From NCBI RefSeq assembly GCF_001194135.2, contig NC_069001.1, positions 18,913,791-18,977,790 of the forward strand: a stretch of DNA of 64,000 nucleotides, given 5' to 3'. Shown in pieces: positions 12,371 through 24,614 of this stretch. Within the stretch, counting starts at the first letter, position 1, and every line of letters begins with the position of its first letter. The stretch is from Octopus bimaculoides. Lineage: Eukaryota. Below the pieces are notes generated by a model. It was not told the DNA's origin and made no database searches. It worked only from the letters and a program-made list of their open reading frames with translations. Position numbers and translations under genes: made by a program.

Positions 12371-12651
12371 CTATCCAGAGGTGAGACAGTTTATGTTGAT
12401 GAGACTGAACTGAGGCTGAAATACATACCTAGTTGTCTCTTATCCCTGAGGCAACAACACATTGTACCTTCTCCCCCAGAACATGTTAATTCAACTAGGA
12501 AATTTTTGATTGCTTCAAATTATCCCCACCCCCTTTTTCATTCAGTATCATTAACGGTTAATGCTAAGTTCTGGTTTCCCTTCTCTACCCACTATGGAAT
12601 TTTTTATTGAATTAGGAACTTATCATGTATAGCATTCAGTACAGTATTCAA

Positions 12652-14000
12652 AGGCGCAGTCATGGCTCTGCAGAGATGCAGGCAAGGCTATGTGGAGGCA
12701 CAGGTGTGGGTGTGTGGAGGTGCAGGCACGGCTGTGTGGAAGCACAGGTATGGCTGTAGGGAGGTGCGGGCATGGCTGTCTGGTAAGAAGCTTGCTTCCC
12801 AACCACATGGTTCCGGGTTCAGTCCCACTACATGACACCTTGGCCAAGTGTCTTCTTCTATAGCCTCGGGCTAACCAAAGCCTTGTGAGTGGATTTTGGT
12901 AGACAAAAACTGAATGAAGCCTGTCGTATATATATTTATGTATATCTACGTAGTCTGATCAATAAGTATCCGGACTATTGCCATAGTAACAAAGGGACAG
13001 ATTGACCTTGAACTTTGCTGTGCGTGCACACTAAGTTTTAACATTCTAGCTCACTTCTGCTGTTTACAGCAGTGCTTAGAAGGAAGGTGTGTAGTGTGTG
13101 ATTATTGCGTTGAGCATGACAAAGAAAGTTGAGCAGAGAATCTGCATCAAATTTTACCAAAAGCTTAGCGATACCTGCTCAGAGGCCTATGCAAAGTTTT
13201 CAAAAAAGCTTTCATTGTTCTCAACACAATGAAGGAGATCTTGTACAACTGAAACCCGAATGTCCTTTTGGTCAGCTGAAAGCAGTTTTGGTACAAACTT
13301 AGCAGACACATATCTCATACTCAAATCTTCAGTGATAATGGACTGAACAGTAACTAATTTGCACATTCTCTGATAACTCATGGATGGTGATTCAACAGTT
13401 TCTCCTCACAGCTGCATGCATATCTGCGATGATTTTCTCAGTTCTGCTGGTTGCGGAACGTTTGTCAATATCAACATTTTTTAAACCATCTTAAAACATC
13501 TGAACCACTCATACACTTGTGTGCGTCTCATACCCTTTCTGCAACTTTGTGTAGGCCTCTGAGCAGGTATCACCATAACAACTTTCTCTGTCATGATCAA
13601 TGGGACAATCACACGCTACACACCTTCCTTCTAAGCACTGCTGTAAACAGTGGAAGTGAGCTAGAACGTTAAAACTTAGTGCGCATGCACAGCAGAGTTG
13701 AAGGTCAATCTTTGCCCAGCAGCTTGATTCTGCATGCTTTAGCTTTGTTGCTATGGCAACAGTCCGGATACTTATTGATCAGACCTCGTATGTGTATGTG
13801 TGTTTGTGTTTGTCTGCCCATCACCACTTGACAACCACTGTTGGTGTGTTTACATCCCCATAACTTAGCATTTCAGGAAAAGAGACAGAATAAGTACTAG
13901 GCTTAAGAAATAAGTCCTGGGATCAATTTATTTGACTAAAATCCTTCAAGATGGTGCTCCAGCATGGCTGCAGTCAAATGACTGAAACAAATAAAGAAAA
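12652..14000 (+). mobile_element. OK-like SINE with a multimerised 5' head, split by a mariner derivative
   Basis: Head 12652-12930. The body resumes at 13791 after the TA-flanked insertion in its central TA/TG microsatellite. Confidence 0.75.
12949..13788. mobile_element. Palindromic mariner derivative built from two inverted 5' ends
   Basis: Both ends carry GTCTGATCAATAAGTATCCGGACT with TA flanks. The left arm is 5' UTR plus about 30 codons (plus strand). The right arm is 5' UTR plus a longer N-terminal stretch ending at NESFFE/LK (minus strand). No 3' half is present. Confidence 0.8.
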
Positions 14001-14988
14001 TACACACACACAGCATGTACACACACTGACATGTATTTACACAGTTTTTTTTTCCTCAGCTCTACTCTGGATAGACAGCTTATTCTTTAACTCCAGATCA
14101 ACATTGAGTTGATTTAGAATGAAAAACATTCTAGCCATGACCATCCTGTCTTTTAATCTTTTCAAACGTCATTTACTGAAGACTACATTTTCTAGCGTAG
14201 TGTAAGATATTATTTTTGCTTTTAGACAGTAGGGTTTGATTTAAAGGAATTTGAGTGAGATTTCTTGTGATCAAGATCTCTTGTTGGTTTGTAGCTGAAC
14301 AAGGGTACTGAATGCTACACACAAAACTGATGGCAAGGTGCCATAGTGAGATGAAACATGTGGGAAATTAATCTGAAATCATCCTCACATGATGAACAGC
14401 ATGGAAAAACGACCAGAGATCCCATATTTTGGAGTTTTGTGTGAAGACTTGCTTAGTTAAACAACAATGGGATGAACTCAGTGTGGTCACTTATCATGCT
14501 AGAAATAGCAATGAAATATGCCTCAAGTCCTACTCTATCTTCATATTTACAATGGGAGGTCACATTGATTAAAATAAGGTAGTCATATTTTGGATCAACT
14601 TTGGTCGTAATTTTCCAGTTAATTAGTATTCATTTTTAACTGTACAGTAATAATAAGCCTCTATGCGAGCTATATTAGCCTATGGGTCCTTTTCTTTCAG
14701 TGCAATTTTAGAAAACCTTTGGCTACTGTTTCTAGGAACCACTTTAATGTGTGAGAAGCAACATCACCATTTAGATGGTTGTATCATTGTTTTGTGTGCC
14801 ATAAAAATGTTTCCAACTAGTGAGCAATTCATAGGGCCATGACTAAAGGAATAAGCACCTTACTTTGAAATGAGTAGGGGTTGGCAACAAGGAGGATATT
14901 TTGCCAGGAAATATTGTTTCAGCATGCTTTGTCCAACTCCATGCCAGTGTGAAGGAAGATGAAAAAAGATGATGGTAATGATGATATA

Positions 14989-15038
<50 letters not shown>

Positions 15039-15519
15039 TATTTATATCCCCATATCCATTAGTATTAATGAATAAAAAAAATTGTTTCTCTCATAGAGTG
15101 TAATTATTGAATTTAGCTGCTGACCTCATGGCTTGTTAGCCTGGAGTTTTGCCAAACTCAGCAACCATGAGCAATGCAGGAACTAGGTGATGTGTGTATC
15201 AGAAGTAAGGTCTGGTCATTAGGTAGTGTGCATAGGGAAATAAAGGGGATGCTCTTACTAAAGAGTATTTTTGTAATTTTTTTATTTGTTAAATAAAATT
15301 CAACAATTTCTTGTTTGTCCAACACAACTATCTTTAAGGCAGAACATGTGATATAGTGTTGTTTATATTCCACTCATGACCATTTCATTTTTGTAAGGGT
15401 ATCTAGGATTATGTCATTAAATGCCTCCCTCCTTGCTGAAGATGAAAGTTTGATGTGAGGTTGAGTGTCCCCACACACCGGGGTCACCAAACAGTGCACC
15501 ACAGTACACATAAGGGTTT

Positions 15520-15680
15520 GTCATTTAGGCATAAGGCCAGCAATTTTGAGAAGGATTTAATTGACACTATCAAACCCAGGACTTGGCCAATTCTTTATTT
15601 ATTGATCCCGAATGGATAAAAGGCAAAGTTGACTTCAGCTGTATTTGAACTCAGAACTAAGGGCTGGGAAGTACAGGTAG
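15520..15680 (-). mobile_element. Second SINE family (OR-like; GACTTTGCCTTTCATCC core)
   Basis: Reverse complement of GAGTTCAAAT...GTCAACTTTGCCTTTTATCCATTCGGGATCAATAAA. Related copies at about 39520-39700 (+), 47620-47770 (+), 48560-48790 and 49190-49320 (-). The family name is from recall. Confidence 0.6.
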
Positions 15681-16134
15681 AGTATACCTGCCTAGTGGTT
15701 TTAGCAAAAGAATACAGATGTTAAACCAGATTGAAGAGAGACACCTTCCTCTTTGGCTAAACCCTTATCAACTTTTACAAGTTACACTTTGAAGGGAAAG
15801 TAACAATGGAGAGGAAAATATTGCCTCCTGGTAAATTTGTTTAAAAGTGGATGAGAGTGGCAAGCATGGTCCAAGTGAAGAGGTTTGCTTTGAACATTTT
15901 CCTATAGATTGAAGGAGGACAACCGGGGATGGGTATTTGTCTTAGTGGTCAGGGTAACTGTACTTTTGTGGGGTTTCCACAAGTAGCTTTCAGAAATTAT
16001 TCATATCTCAAATATATTGTTTTTATGTTATACCTTTTTTTTTTTTTTTTTGCACGATTGTTTATGTAATCCCACATTGCATCATTCCGTACTGTCCCCA
16101 ATGTTTTTGTGAACATTTAGCAGTTAATTAAGAA

Positions 16135-18510
16135 AGCATTATCATTATTTTGGTTTGACTCTAGTTTGGTCTTATTCCTGGTCAGATTTATGCAGATAGC
16201 AGGTTAATACCTGTAACCTCGGTATCCACAAGTTTTGAGTAGTCTTTCAAGTGCTTAGAACCCTCCTGATAATCCTTGCTGTCCCTAAGAGATAAACTTT
16301 CTGTTGGAACTCTACTGGGCATTCTATTTCAATCTCCTTCAGCCCTTTGTCTATATCTTTGCTTACTATTTCCTATGCACCAATTATCATAGGTACAACC
16401 TTTACAGTTTGTATACTCCAAATTCTTCCTATTTCAAATTTTAAGGGATTGTATTTTTTTTGGTTTTGCATCCTCTTTCTTTACGATCCTGGAATCAAAC
16501 AGGCATGATAGGTCAATTAGTAAGCAACTTTGCTTTTCCTTATCTATAATTGCTATATCTGGTCTATTATTTTCTAACTTCTTGTTCATTTGAACAGGAA
16601 AGTCCCACAAAATCTTACATTTCTTTGACTCCAGTACTCTTTCGACATTTTTCTAACACATTCTATCTATATATATTTTTTCTCAAGTTGTTTGTTTTTA
16701 TCATTTGATCTTGGGCTGCTACAATTAATTAGGCTCTCTGTTTCTTTTTTTAACGAAGCCCAGGATTTTGTTCTACATATATCCTCAGTGGCTTTCCAAT
16801 ATTGGCCATGCAAAGTTTTCTCTTCAATCTGTCTGATGTGCTGTCTTTGAATTTCATTCTTGTCCTTTTCTCTTTATATGCACTTTATTACCTGTTCTTT
16901 ATTTACTGTCTTCAGTAGTTTTTCTGTACTACTCTGTAAATTCTCTAACTAGGCTTTTTTATTTCCCCATCTGTACACATTCTTCTACTGCTATTAAGCC
17001 TCTTCCACCCTGGTCTCTCCTCGGGTACAGCTTTTAGAAGGTGGTCTCCATACATTGTCAACAACTTGCTAGTTTTTCTGTCAAGTTTCTTTATAACATT
17101 TTTGGTTCAGTCTATAATTTCAGCTCCATATCTGATTAAGGGTACTGCTCTTGAATTTATTGCTTCAATAAGATTTTTTTGAATTTAGCTTTGACTACAG
17201 TCATTTTCTCATTCTCCTTGTGTACTCCCAACTGGTAATTTGTTTAATTTCTTCATGTTTTATTTTGTCTGCTTCCAGTATTCCTAAGTACTTGTACCAC
17301 TGTCTTTTCTCAAAGCTCTCATTGTTTGTATATTTGGCATTTCAATTCCTTGACTTTTTTCTAATCTTCCTTGTTTCACTTTTCTGTCCCAAATTCCATA
17401 CCTATGTAATTTGAGAAAATGTGGGTAGCATGTACAAGACTTTCAAGCTGTTTCTCATTTTTTGCATGAAATCATATGCTTTTCCCAAATCATATGCTAT
17501 TTTAACTTTTCATAGTATCATAGTGAGCAGTGTCATGGCCAATATGAATAGTAATAGAGATAAGCTTGGAATATTTCACAATTGATGTTCAATTTTCCAA
17601 TTCTTTGTTTTCCTCTGATCAATTCAGTATTCCAATGTTTCATACTTTCATTAAGCATCTTCCCCATGTTTTTTGCTATTCCAAACATGCTCATTATTTT
17701 ACTTATCCAACTGTATGGTACCATGCCATATACTTTTTTGTTATCTAGCCATGCTACATTCAGTTCCATCTGGGCCTGGTTCTTTCTAATTTGCTACTTT
17801 TTAAAACTTCTGTCTCACTGTATATAGATTAATAATGATGTCCTTTTGTCTTGGTACAGTTGCAAGTTGTCTTTCCACCTTTGTTAGCCATTCCACACTT
17901 TCTTTATGTCTCACCAGCCTGTTCCACAGCCCTCCTCAAAATTCTTTACTTTCTTCTGCATCTGGAATTAGTTCCTGATGTTGGTCTCCCTCCATTTCCT
18001 TAAATAGATACCTTCTTTTTAATTGGAACAGTCTATTCTGTTTCAAAACTTTGCATCTAGTATCGTAACTTTCCAATTTGGCCTTTAATGCTGTCACCTT
18101 TTGTGTCAATTCTTCATGTATTGTTTGTTTTCCTCTTTCTTCTAACCTGTAATGTCCATTCAATTTTCTGATCACTACCTTATTCTTGAGCTCTCCTCTC
18201 ATTATCCTATTCAGTTGCCCCAGTCCTTTCTGTGTCTTTTCCAGCTTCATTTGTATTCTCCAGTTGGTTCTTTCTTTTCATTTCCTTTTATATCTTCAGT
18301 TTTTTGCTTTTAGTCTACTATGTTAGCTATGCCATTAGCAGTAGCTATGATTAGCTGGTTTGTTTCACTGATGTTTTCTATTTTAATCAAGCTTAAAATG
18401 TCATTTACTTTGCCTGTAGCTCTCCTCACTTTTTCTCTGCCCATATATATTACATTTGGTGGTACTTCATTGTTCCCATCAGTCATTTTACCTTGCAACA
18501 TTTCTAATAA
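16135..18510 (-). mobile_element. RLE-type LINE (R4/Dong-like), 5'-truncated and degenerate
   Basis: Minus-strand WLDNKKVYGMVPYSWI (RT motif A region), pre-RT QNRLFQ...EESKEF, and C-terminal RPDIAIIDKEKQSCLLID (PD-(D/E)xK restriction-like endonuclease). The 3' end has a short (AAT) tail. Confidence 0.8.
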
Positions 18511-18514
18511 TTTC

Positions 18515-18606
<92 letters not shown>
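18515..18606. repeat. Perfect palindromic (TAA)n(TTA)n microsatellite
   Basis: 45-nt (TAA)15 arm abuts a (TTA)n arm. The centre of symmetry lies between 18559 and 18560. Confidence 0.95.
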
Positions 18607-19130
18607 TAGGTTTGGTTCAGGTTCAGTCTTATTTCTGGTAGAAATTATGTGGATGGTGGGTTACTACCTGTAACCTTAGGTATCCACAGGTTTCCAGCAG
18701 TCTTTCAAGTGCTTAGAACCCTCCTGATAATCCTTGTTGTTCCTAAGAGACAAATTTTCTATAGGAGCTCTACCTGTCTCCTTCAGCCATTTGTCTATAT
18801 TTTTGCTTACTGTTCCCAACACACCAATTATCATAGGCACAACCTTTAACTGTTCACATGCTCCAAATTCTTCCTATTTCAAGCTTTAGGGGATTGTATT
18901 TTTTGGGGGGTTTTTTCCTCTTTCTTTACGATCCTGGAATCAAATGGGCATGATGGGTCAATAAATAAGCAACTTTGCTTTTCTTTATCTACAATTGTTA
19001 TATCTGATCTACTATTTTCTAACTTCTTATCCTTCTCAAATAGGGAAGTCCCACAAAATCTTAAATATTTCTGACTCCAATACTCTTTCGACTCAATGAT
19101 TGTACCATGTGTTTCCTGCTTCAAATCTCC
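18607..19130 (-). mobile_element. 3' fragment of the same RLE-type LINE family
   Basis: Homologous to 16135-16650, with RSDITIVDKEKQSCLFIDPSCPFDSRI (RLE motif) and a long (AAT)n tail on the element strand. Confidence 0.8.
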
Positions 19131-20722
19131 ATTTCTGTTACAGTTTTCAGTGTATAACTTTTACAATCTTAACCCTAACCCTAAACCCAGTACCTACAAC
19201 CATGGGTATTGTTCTAATCTTAAGATTCCACATTTTGCCAGTTTCTATTTCAAGATTTTTGTACCTACTCAACTTTTGGCAGGTCTTGACAAATACATTT
19301 GTATCCATTAGAATAGTTATATCAATGAAGAGACATGATTTTCATCTGAAATCCTTCAATATAATATCTAGCCTATTTGCATGTAGAAAGGATTGTCATC
19401 ATCATCATCATCATTATGTAGTGGCAGAATTAATTGAAAGTAATTAACTGATATTAAGTCAGTTGTTATTAGCTCTGCTTGAGTAGGCCTGTAATCAAAG
19501 AAATTTTATCTGCGACCATTCTGTCTTGCCAAGGATCTCCAGTTCTACATTACCTTATATTTTGATAGGATGTGTTATAAGGGTAGCAGTTTGGTTGCTA
19601 TTTCTAGCAAGTCACACAGAGGCTTTCTTATTGGAATGTGTTGTATAGAATTATCTTTCTTGCTGATGGGCATGCCCTGCAGAGTGTATAATAAAATGAT
19701 GAGATTTGAACCTGTGACTGTGTACTGCATGCAATATTCGAACCAGTTAATGTCTAAAATTGCAAACCTTTTTAACCTTCACTGCTGATAATGATGTGGT
19801 GAAGTAACCACATGGAAAAACTCTCTCTCAAATGCAATGGAAACCACTGTACCAGCCTTCCAACCATCCAAATATAATTGCTTGGTTTGATGAGCTCAGC
19901 TGGCTGTAACTGTATCTATAGCAACAGTTTAGAGGTATGTTTGTATGTCATTTATGTAAATGTGGGTCTATCAATGTTTCTACACTAGTCTTGCTAAGGG
20001 AAAAAATAATAAACTGTTCTGTGTGTGTGTGTGTGTGTGTGTACAGGTGTGGTAACTTCCCCCTACCACCACCACAGTATACATAGGAACTATTGTAATC
20101 AGTGAAGGGGGTGGGAGAGAGGAAATAAGAGTGAGACAGAGAGGCATTGGTAGAGAGAAAGATGGTGGTTGTGATGGAGGTGGTGTTTATGTTGATGTGA
20201 ATGTGATGATAGTAAAGTTAATGGGATGATGCAAATAATAATGGTGAGGAAGGTTTATAAATAGATTTTCTTTTCAACTTATCTGTAAATATTTTTAATT
20301 AATTTTTTTTGTACATTGAATTAATTAAGCATGACATTGACAGCAGCCTCATGTAATGGAGGTGTTCCACTGCCACCATTTATCATTGTACAATCACCTT
20401 CATCACCACCATCTCTGATGCCACCTTTAACATCACCAGTACCTCAACCATTCTGATACTATTCCGTCAAAGTATATCTCTTGTGTATTTTGAGAAACCC
20501 AATGTTGGTTCTCCTAGTTGAAACATAAATTGTGAAATGGTCAAATTTTGGCTGGTTTTGGTCATTAATCGGCTGAAGACTTACCTTCACTGTTTATCTT
20601 CCTTTTTTTTTATATTTTCTTCACTCACTCTCTCTTGTTCTCTCTCCCTTTCTTTCAGAGGCCATAAGAAATTTCTAACCAATAATGCTACATATATATA
20701 TATATCAATTTTTTCAATTACA

Positions 20723-20800
<78 letters not shown>

Positions 20801-21409
20801 GAGAGAGAGAGAAGGTACAATAACAAAATAACTGCTTGTACACTTCATCAAAAAGTAATTTATAGTTGCTCCATTTTCTTCTCCCATTTGCTCTGATTCC
20901 CCTTACACACACACATTATTATTATTAATCACCTTGTAACTCTCAACTTTAACCACATATGCATGTCTCTACCTCATTCTTTATGTTACTAGAAATAGCA
21001 ACCAAATATCCTTCAAATGACACTCTGCTTTTTTAAAGAAAGCAAAGGCAATATATGAGATCCCACCCTACACCAGATCCCATGCTACACACAGATGTGA
21101 AATGGTTGTAGTTCAGATACTTTTGGTGATAAGCCTTGGGTGAAATGACACAGACTTTTATAGAGATGGTCTTCAAACCTAACAGTGAGCCTCTGCAAGA
21201 TTGATAGACTTGCTAAATATTGCAACCACGTATCCTTCAATTACAAACTACTGTCTTGAAAGACAGAGGAAGGCCACATTCAATTATGTAATTCTAGATA
21301 GGTTTATTAAATATATACTTGAATGTTTAATCTGTAGATTGTCCATGGGTCCCCTAGTTGATATTGAACTCAAATTTCTCTTGATATTTATTCTTTTATC
21401 TTATATCTT

Positions 21410-21835
21410 TTTCAGTCATTAGACTGCAGTCATGCTGGGGCACTGCCTTGAATTTTCAGTCAAATGAGTTGACTCCAGTACTTATTTATTTTCATTTTTT
21501 TTAAAGTCTGGTACTTATATTCTATCAGTCTCATTTGCCAGACCACTCAGTTATGGGGACACAGACACACCAATACTGGTTGTCAAGCAGTGGTGTGGGA
21601 CAAACATTGACACAAAGACACACATGCACAGCAACAACATCAATAACGAGTAATGACTTTGAAACCTGATCCATATTTTCTACTTTGTTTAAATTAACTC
21701 ATTTACTTCCTGTTGTTGAAGGCAGTATAGCGACAGGCTTTGGTCAACCTGTCGCTATACTAGAAGACACTTGCCAAAGTGCCACACAGTGGAACTGAAC
21801 CTGGAACCATATAGTTTGGAAGCGAGCTTCTTTTG
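21410..21835 (-). mobile_element. OK-like SINE interrupted by an inverted duplication
   Basis: Tail/body at 21410-21635 and head at 21740-21835. Bases 21636-21725 are foreign, being an inverted copy of 22336-22425. Confidence 0.7.
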
Positions 21836-22649
21836 GGAGAGAAAAGGGGCAGAGTCTGTTTCATATGTCTGGATGTGCTACCAATGAATTTAGAAGGAAA
21901 TAAAATTTATTTTATCAACTGTTTCTTTGAATTTCTACCAACCATTGGCATGTAATGATCCACACTCAACATTAGTAACACATTAACCCTGCTCCTATAA
22001 TCCTTATCCTACTCAATCTATATAAGAAACAACACTGAACATTATTAAGACACTAATCCTATCTCTGTTACCCTTATTCAACCCATTTCTAAGACAAGCC
22101 ATTTATAGGCTACAAAATACCACCCCTTTTTTACTTTAACTATAAAACACACACAACAACAAACCACAGTTCACTGTTGCAAGTAGTAGGAGCACAGTTT
22201 GATTAAATAAGTGCTTGATATTTGCTTCATTGTGCTGATACTAACTCCCCGCCTCCTCCTCTCTTTTAAACCAAGCTAGGTGGTAGGTAACTGATTCGGA
22301 AGTCTACTTAACTACCATAAAAACTGAGGATTCTGCTGCCTTCAACAACAGGAAGTAAATGAGTTAATTTAAACAAAGTAGACAATATGGATCAGGTTTC
22401 AAAGTCATTACCCATTATTGATGTTAGTATTCTTTTTTGTGGTTGTTGTTATTGTAATTAGTATTGTTGTTGTTGTTGTTATTGTTATTTCACTTGTTAT
22501 GGACGTAGTTCTTATATACTCTGCTTAGTTTTGTGATTAGTTTTCTACTTATGGTCAAGATTATTGTTAGTATTCTACGTTTTTAAGATGTTTTTTTTGT
22601 CTGCTTAATGTGATCATTTTTTTCTTCTTATTTGATCAAAGTTAGTTTC

Positions 22650-22990
22650 TTTTGTCCTTTATTTGTTTCAATCATTGGATTGTGGCCATGCTAAAGCACT
22701 GCCTTGATAGGTTTAGTTGAACAAGTTGACCACAATATTTTTTTTTAAGTCTGGTACTTATGTCAGTTAATCTCTTTTGCTGAACTGCTAGATTACAGGA
22801 ATGTAAACAAAGACACACATTTGTATGACAGACTTCCACACAGTTTCCAGCAAACAAATTCATTCACGATGCATTATTGGTCAGCCTGGGGTTAAAGAAA
22901 AAGGCACTTGTTCAAGATGCTGCACAGTGGGATTGAACTCAAGAGTACATTGTTGCAAAGTGAACTTCTTAACAACTCAGCCATATCTGC
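22650..22990 (-). mobile_element. OK-like SINE
   Basis: Reverse complement of the head-body-tail layout. A partial minus head also lies at about 24040-24190 and a plus head at about 25680-25850. Confidence 0.65.
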
Positions 22991-23306
22991 ACTTGTATGT
23001 TCACTATTTATAGAGTTCTAATTATTGTGGTCAATGTTGTTGCTGTTGTTATTAGTGTTTGTGTATCTTGTAGAATGTTGATTTTGGTGCTTAACCTCCA
23101 GATCAGTCCTCAACCAGTAAATTTTTAGATTTAAAACATTTCAGCCATGACCCTCCTGTCAATCTCACAGCCATGCCTGCTTCATAATGGTCAATATTTT
23201 AGTTGCTGAGGTTTATTTTCTTAAGGTCAAATTTGTTACTGCAGTCAGCTTCTATTTGTGGTCAATATTGGAGCTATGGAAATCAATATAATGAAGAGTA
23301 CCAATT

Positions 23307-23459
23307 CCCTTCAACTGTGATTGTCTCACAAATCAATACTGATTTGGGGTTGGAATGTTTTTAATCTTTTACTTAGAACCAGTTGTTGGAATTTAACAGC
23401 TTTACTCATTTATATTACTACGTTCCCCTGATCATGGTGATATTCATTGGGTTGAAGGG
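23307..23459. mobile_element. Possible small piggyBac-type MITE
   Basis: 9-bp TIR CCCTTCAAC...GTTGAAGGG. The right flank is TTAA but the left flank is AATT (imperfect). Confidence 0.35.
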
Positions 23460-23495
23460 TTAACATCCACTTTTTTAAGTTATGTCCCTTTAGAG

Positions 23496-23984
23496 CAGTG
23501 GTTCTCAACTGAAGCCCCTTATATGGCCCCTGAGGGTCCATATGAGATTTTTGGGGATCCACAATAGTGTTTTAAGGGCTTTAGATGTGCTGGATGCTTT
23601 TACATGGCAGTGTCATGTAAAAGAACCCAGCACACTCAGTAAAATAGTTGGCATTAGGAAGGGCATGCCAAACCAAGTCTGATGCAGCTCCTCAGCTTGC
23701 CAGCTCTTGTCAAACTGTTCAATCCATGTCAGCCGGGACAACAGATGTTAAAGGATGACGATGATGAATGTATTGGTATGTATTGCAAGAAACAGCTTAG
23801 TTTCTGTCTCTAATGTTTTAACATAGTTCAAGCTTACACATGTTAATGTGTGAAAAACAAAATAGGAATTTTGAAAGAAGTTTCTTTAAAACTAGATTTT
23901 AAACATTGAATGGTTATGGGGGTCCACAGAATAAAATAGTAACGAATGGGGTCCATAGATAAAAAAAATGGTTGAGAACCCCTA
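23496..23984 (+). mobile_element. hAT (Charlie-like) MITE with nested RTE tail
   Basis: TIR CAGTGGTTCTCAAC...GTTGAGAACCCCTA and a perfect 8-bp TSD CTTTAGAG (23488-23495, 23985-23992). Confidence 0.85.
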
Positions 23985-24297
23985 CTTTAGAGACATAAAT
24001 GCCACAAGATGTCATCTGTATACACATATGCACTCAAACACACTGGTTTTGTCTACCAAAAATTTCCTTTATGTTGATTTAGTTGACCCAAGGCTACAGC
24101 AGAAGATACTCACTCAAGGTATCATGCAGTGGAATTGAACCTACAACTACCACAGACAAAGTAATGTTAACCACACACCCACTCCTGTGGGGATTATTTT
24201 ATTTTTATGTTGTTGTTTAGCACCAGCTCAATCCTGATTGAGTAAAGACATGATTAAAGACTTCACAGTTGGGACTAATCTTAGAGGTTGTCTACTC

Positions 24298-24614
24298 CAG
24301 TGGTTCTCAACCATTTTTTACCCCTGGACCCCTTTCATTATTATTTTATTCTGGTGGGCCCCCATAGTCATTTGATGTTTCATAGTTTCATAGATACTTC
24401 TTTCAAAATTCCTATTTCATTTATTTATTCATTCACTTGTGGAGTTTGAATTATATATAATGTTAGAGAAAGAAACCAAGCTGTTTCTTTCAATAAATGC
24501 ATCTAAAGCAAAATATTTTCATGGATCCTTAAAATACTGTTGTGGATCACTAATTTACTATTTTGCTTGTGTGGACCCCTAAAAATATTATATGGATCCT
24601 GGTTCAGAATCTTG
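24298..24614 (-). mobile_element. Same hAT MITE family, opposite orientation
   Basis: Reverse-complement homology to 23496-23984. Flanks GTCTACTC / GTCTGCTT (6 of 8 match) look like a decayed TSD. Confidence 0.7.

Noticed and set aside
12652-12783. CRISPR-like interpretation of short tandem repeats (also 36183-36420, 29680-30276)
   Set aside because: The units are contiguous with no unique spacers, there are no cas genes, and the context is eukaryotic TE.
15158-15373. Possible Helitron helicase-end remnant on the minus strand
   Set aside because: Only vague similarity (LKIVVLD...TK) and no termini.
19790-19940. Strong plus-strand donor AG|GTATGT near 19935
   Set aside because: All three upstream frames contain stops and no clear acceptor was found. 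A non-coding exon cannot be excluded.
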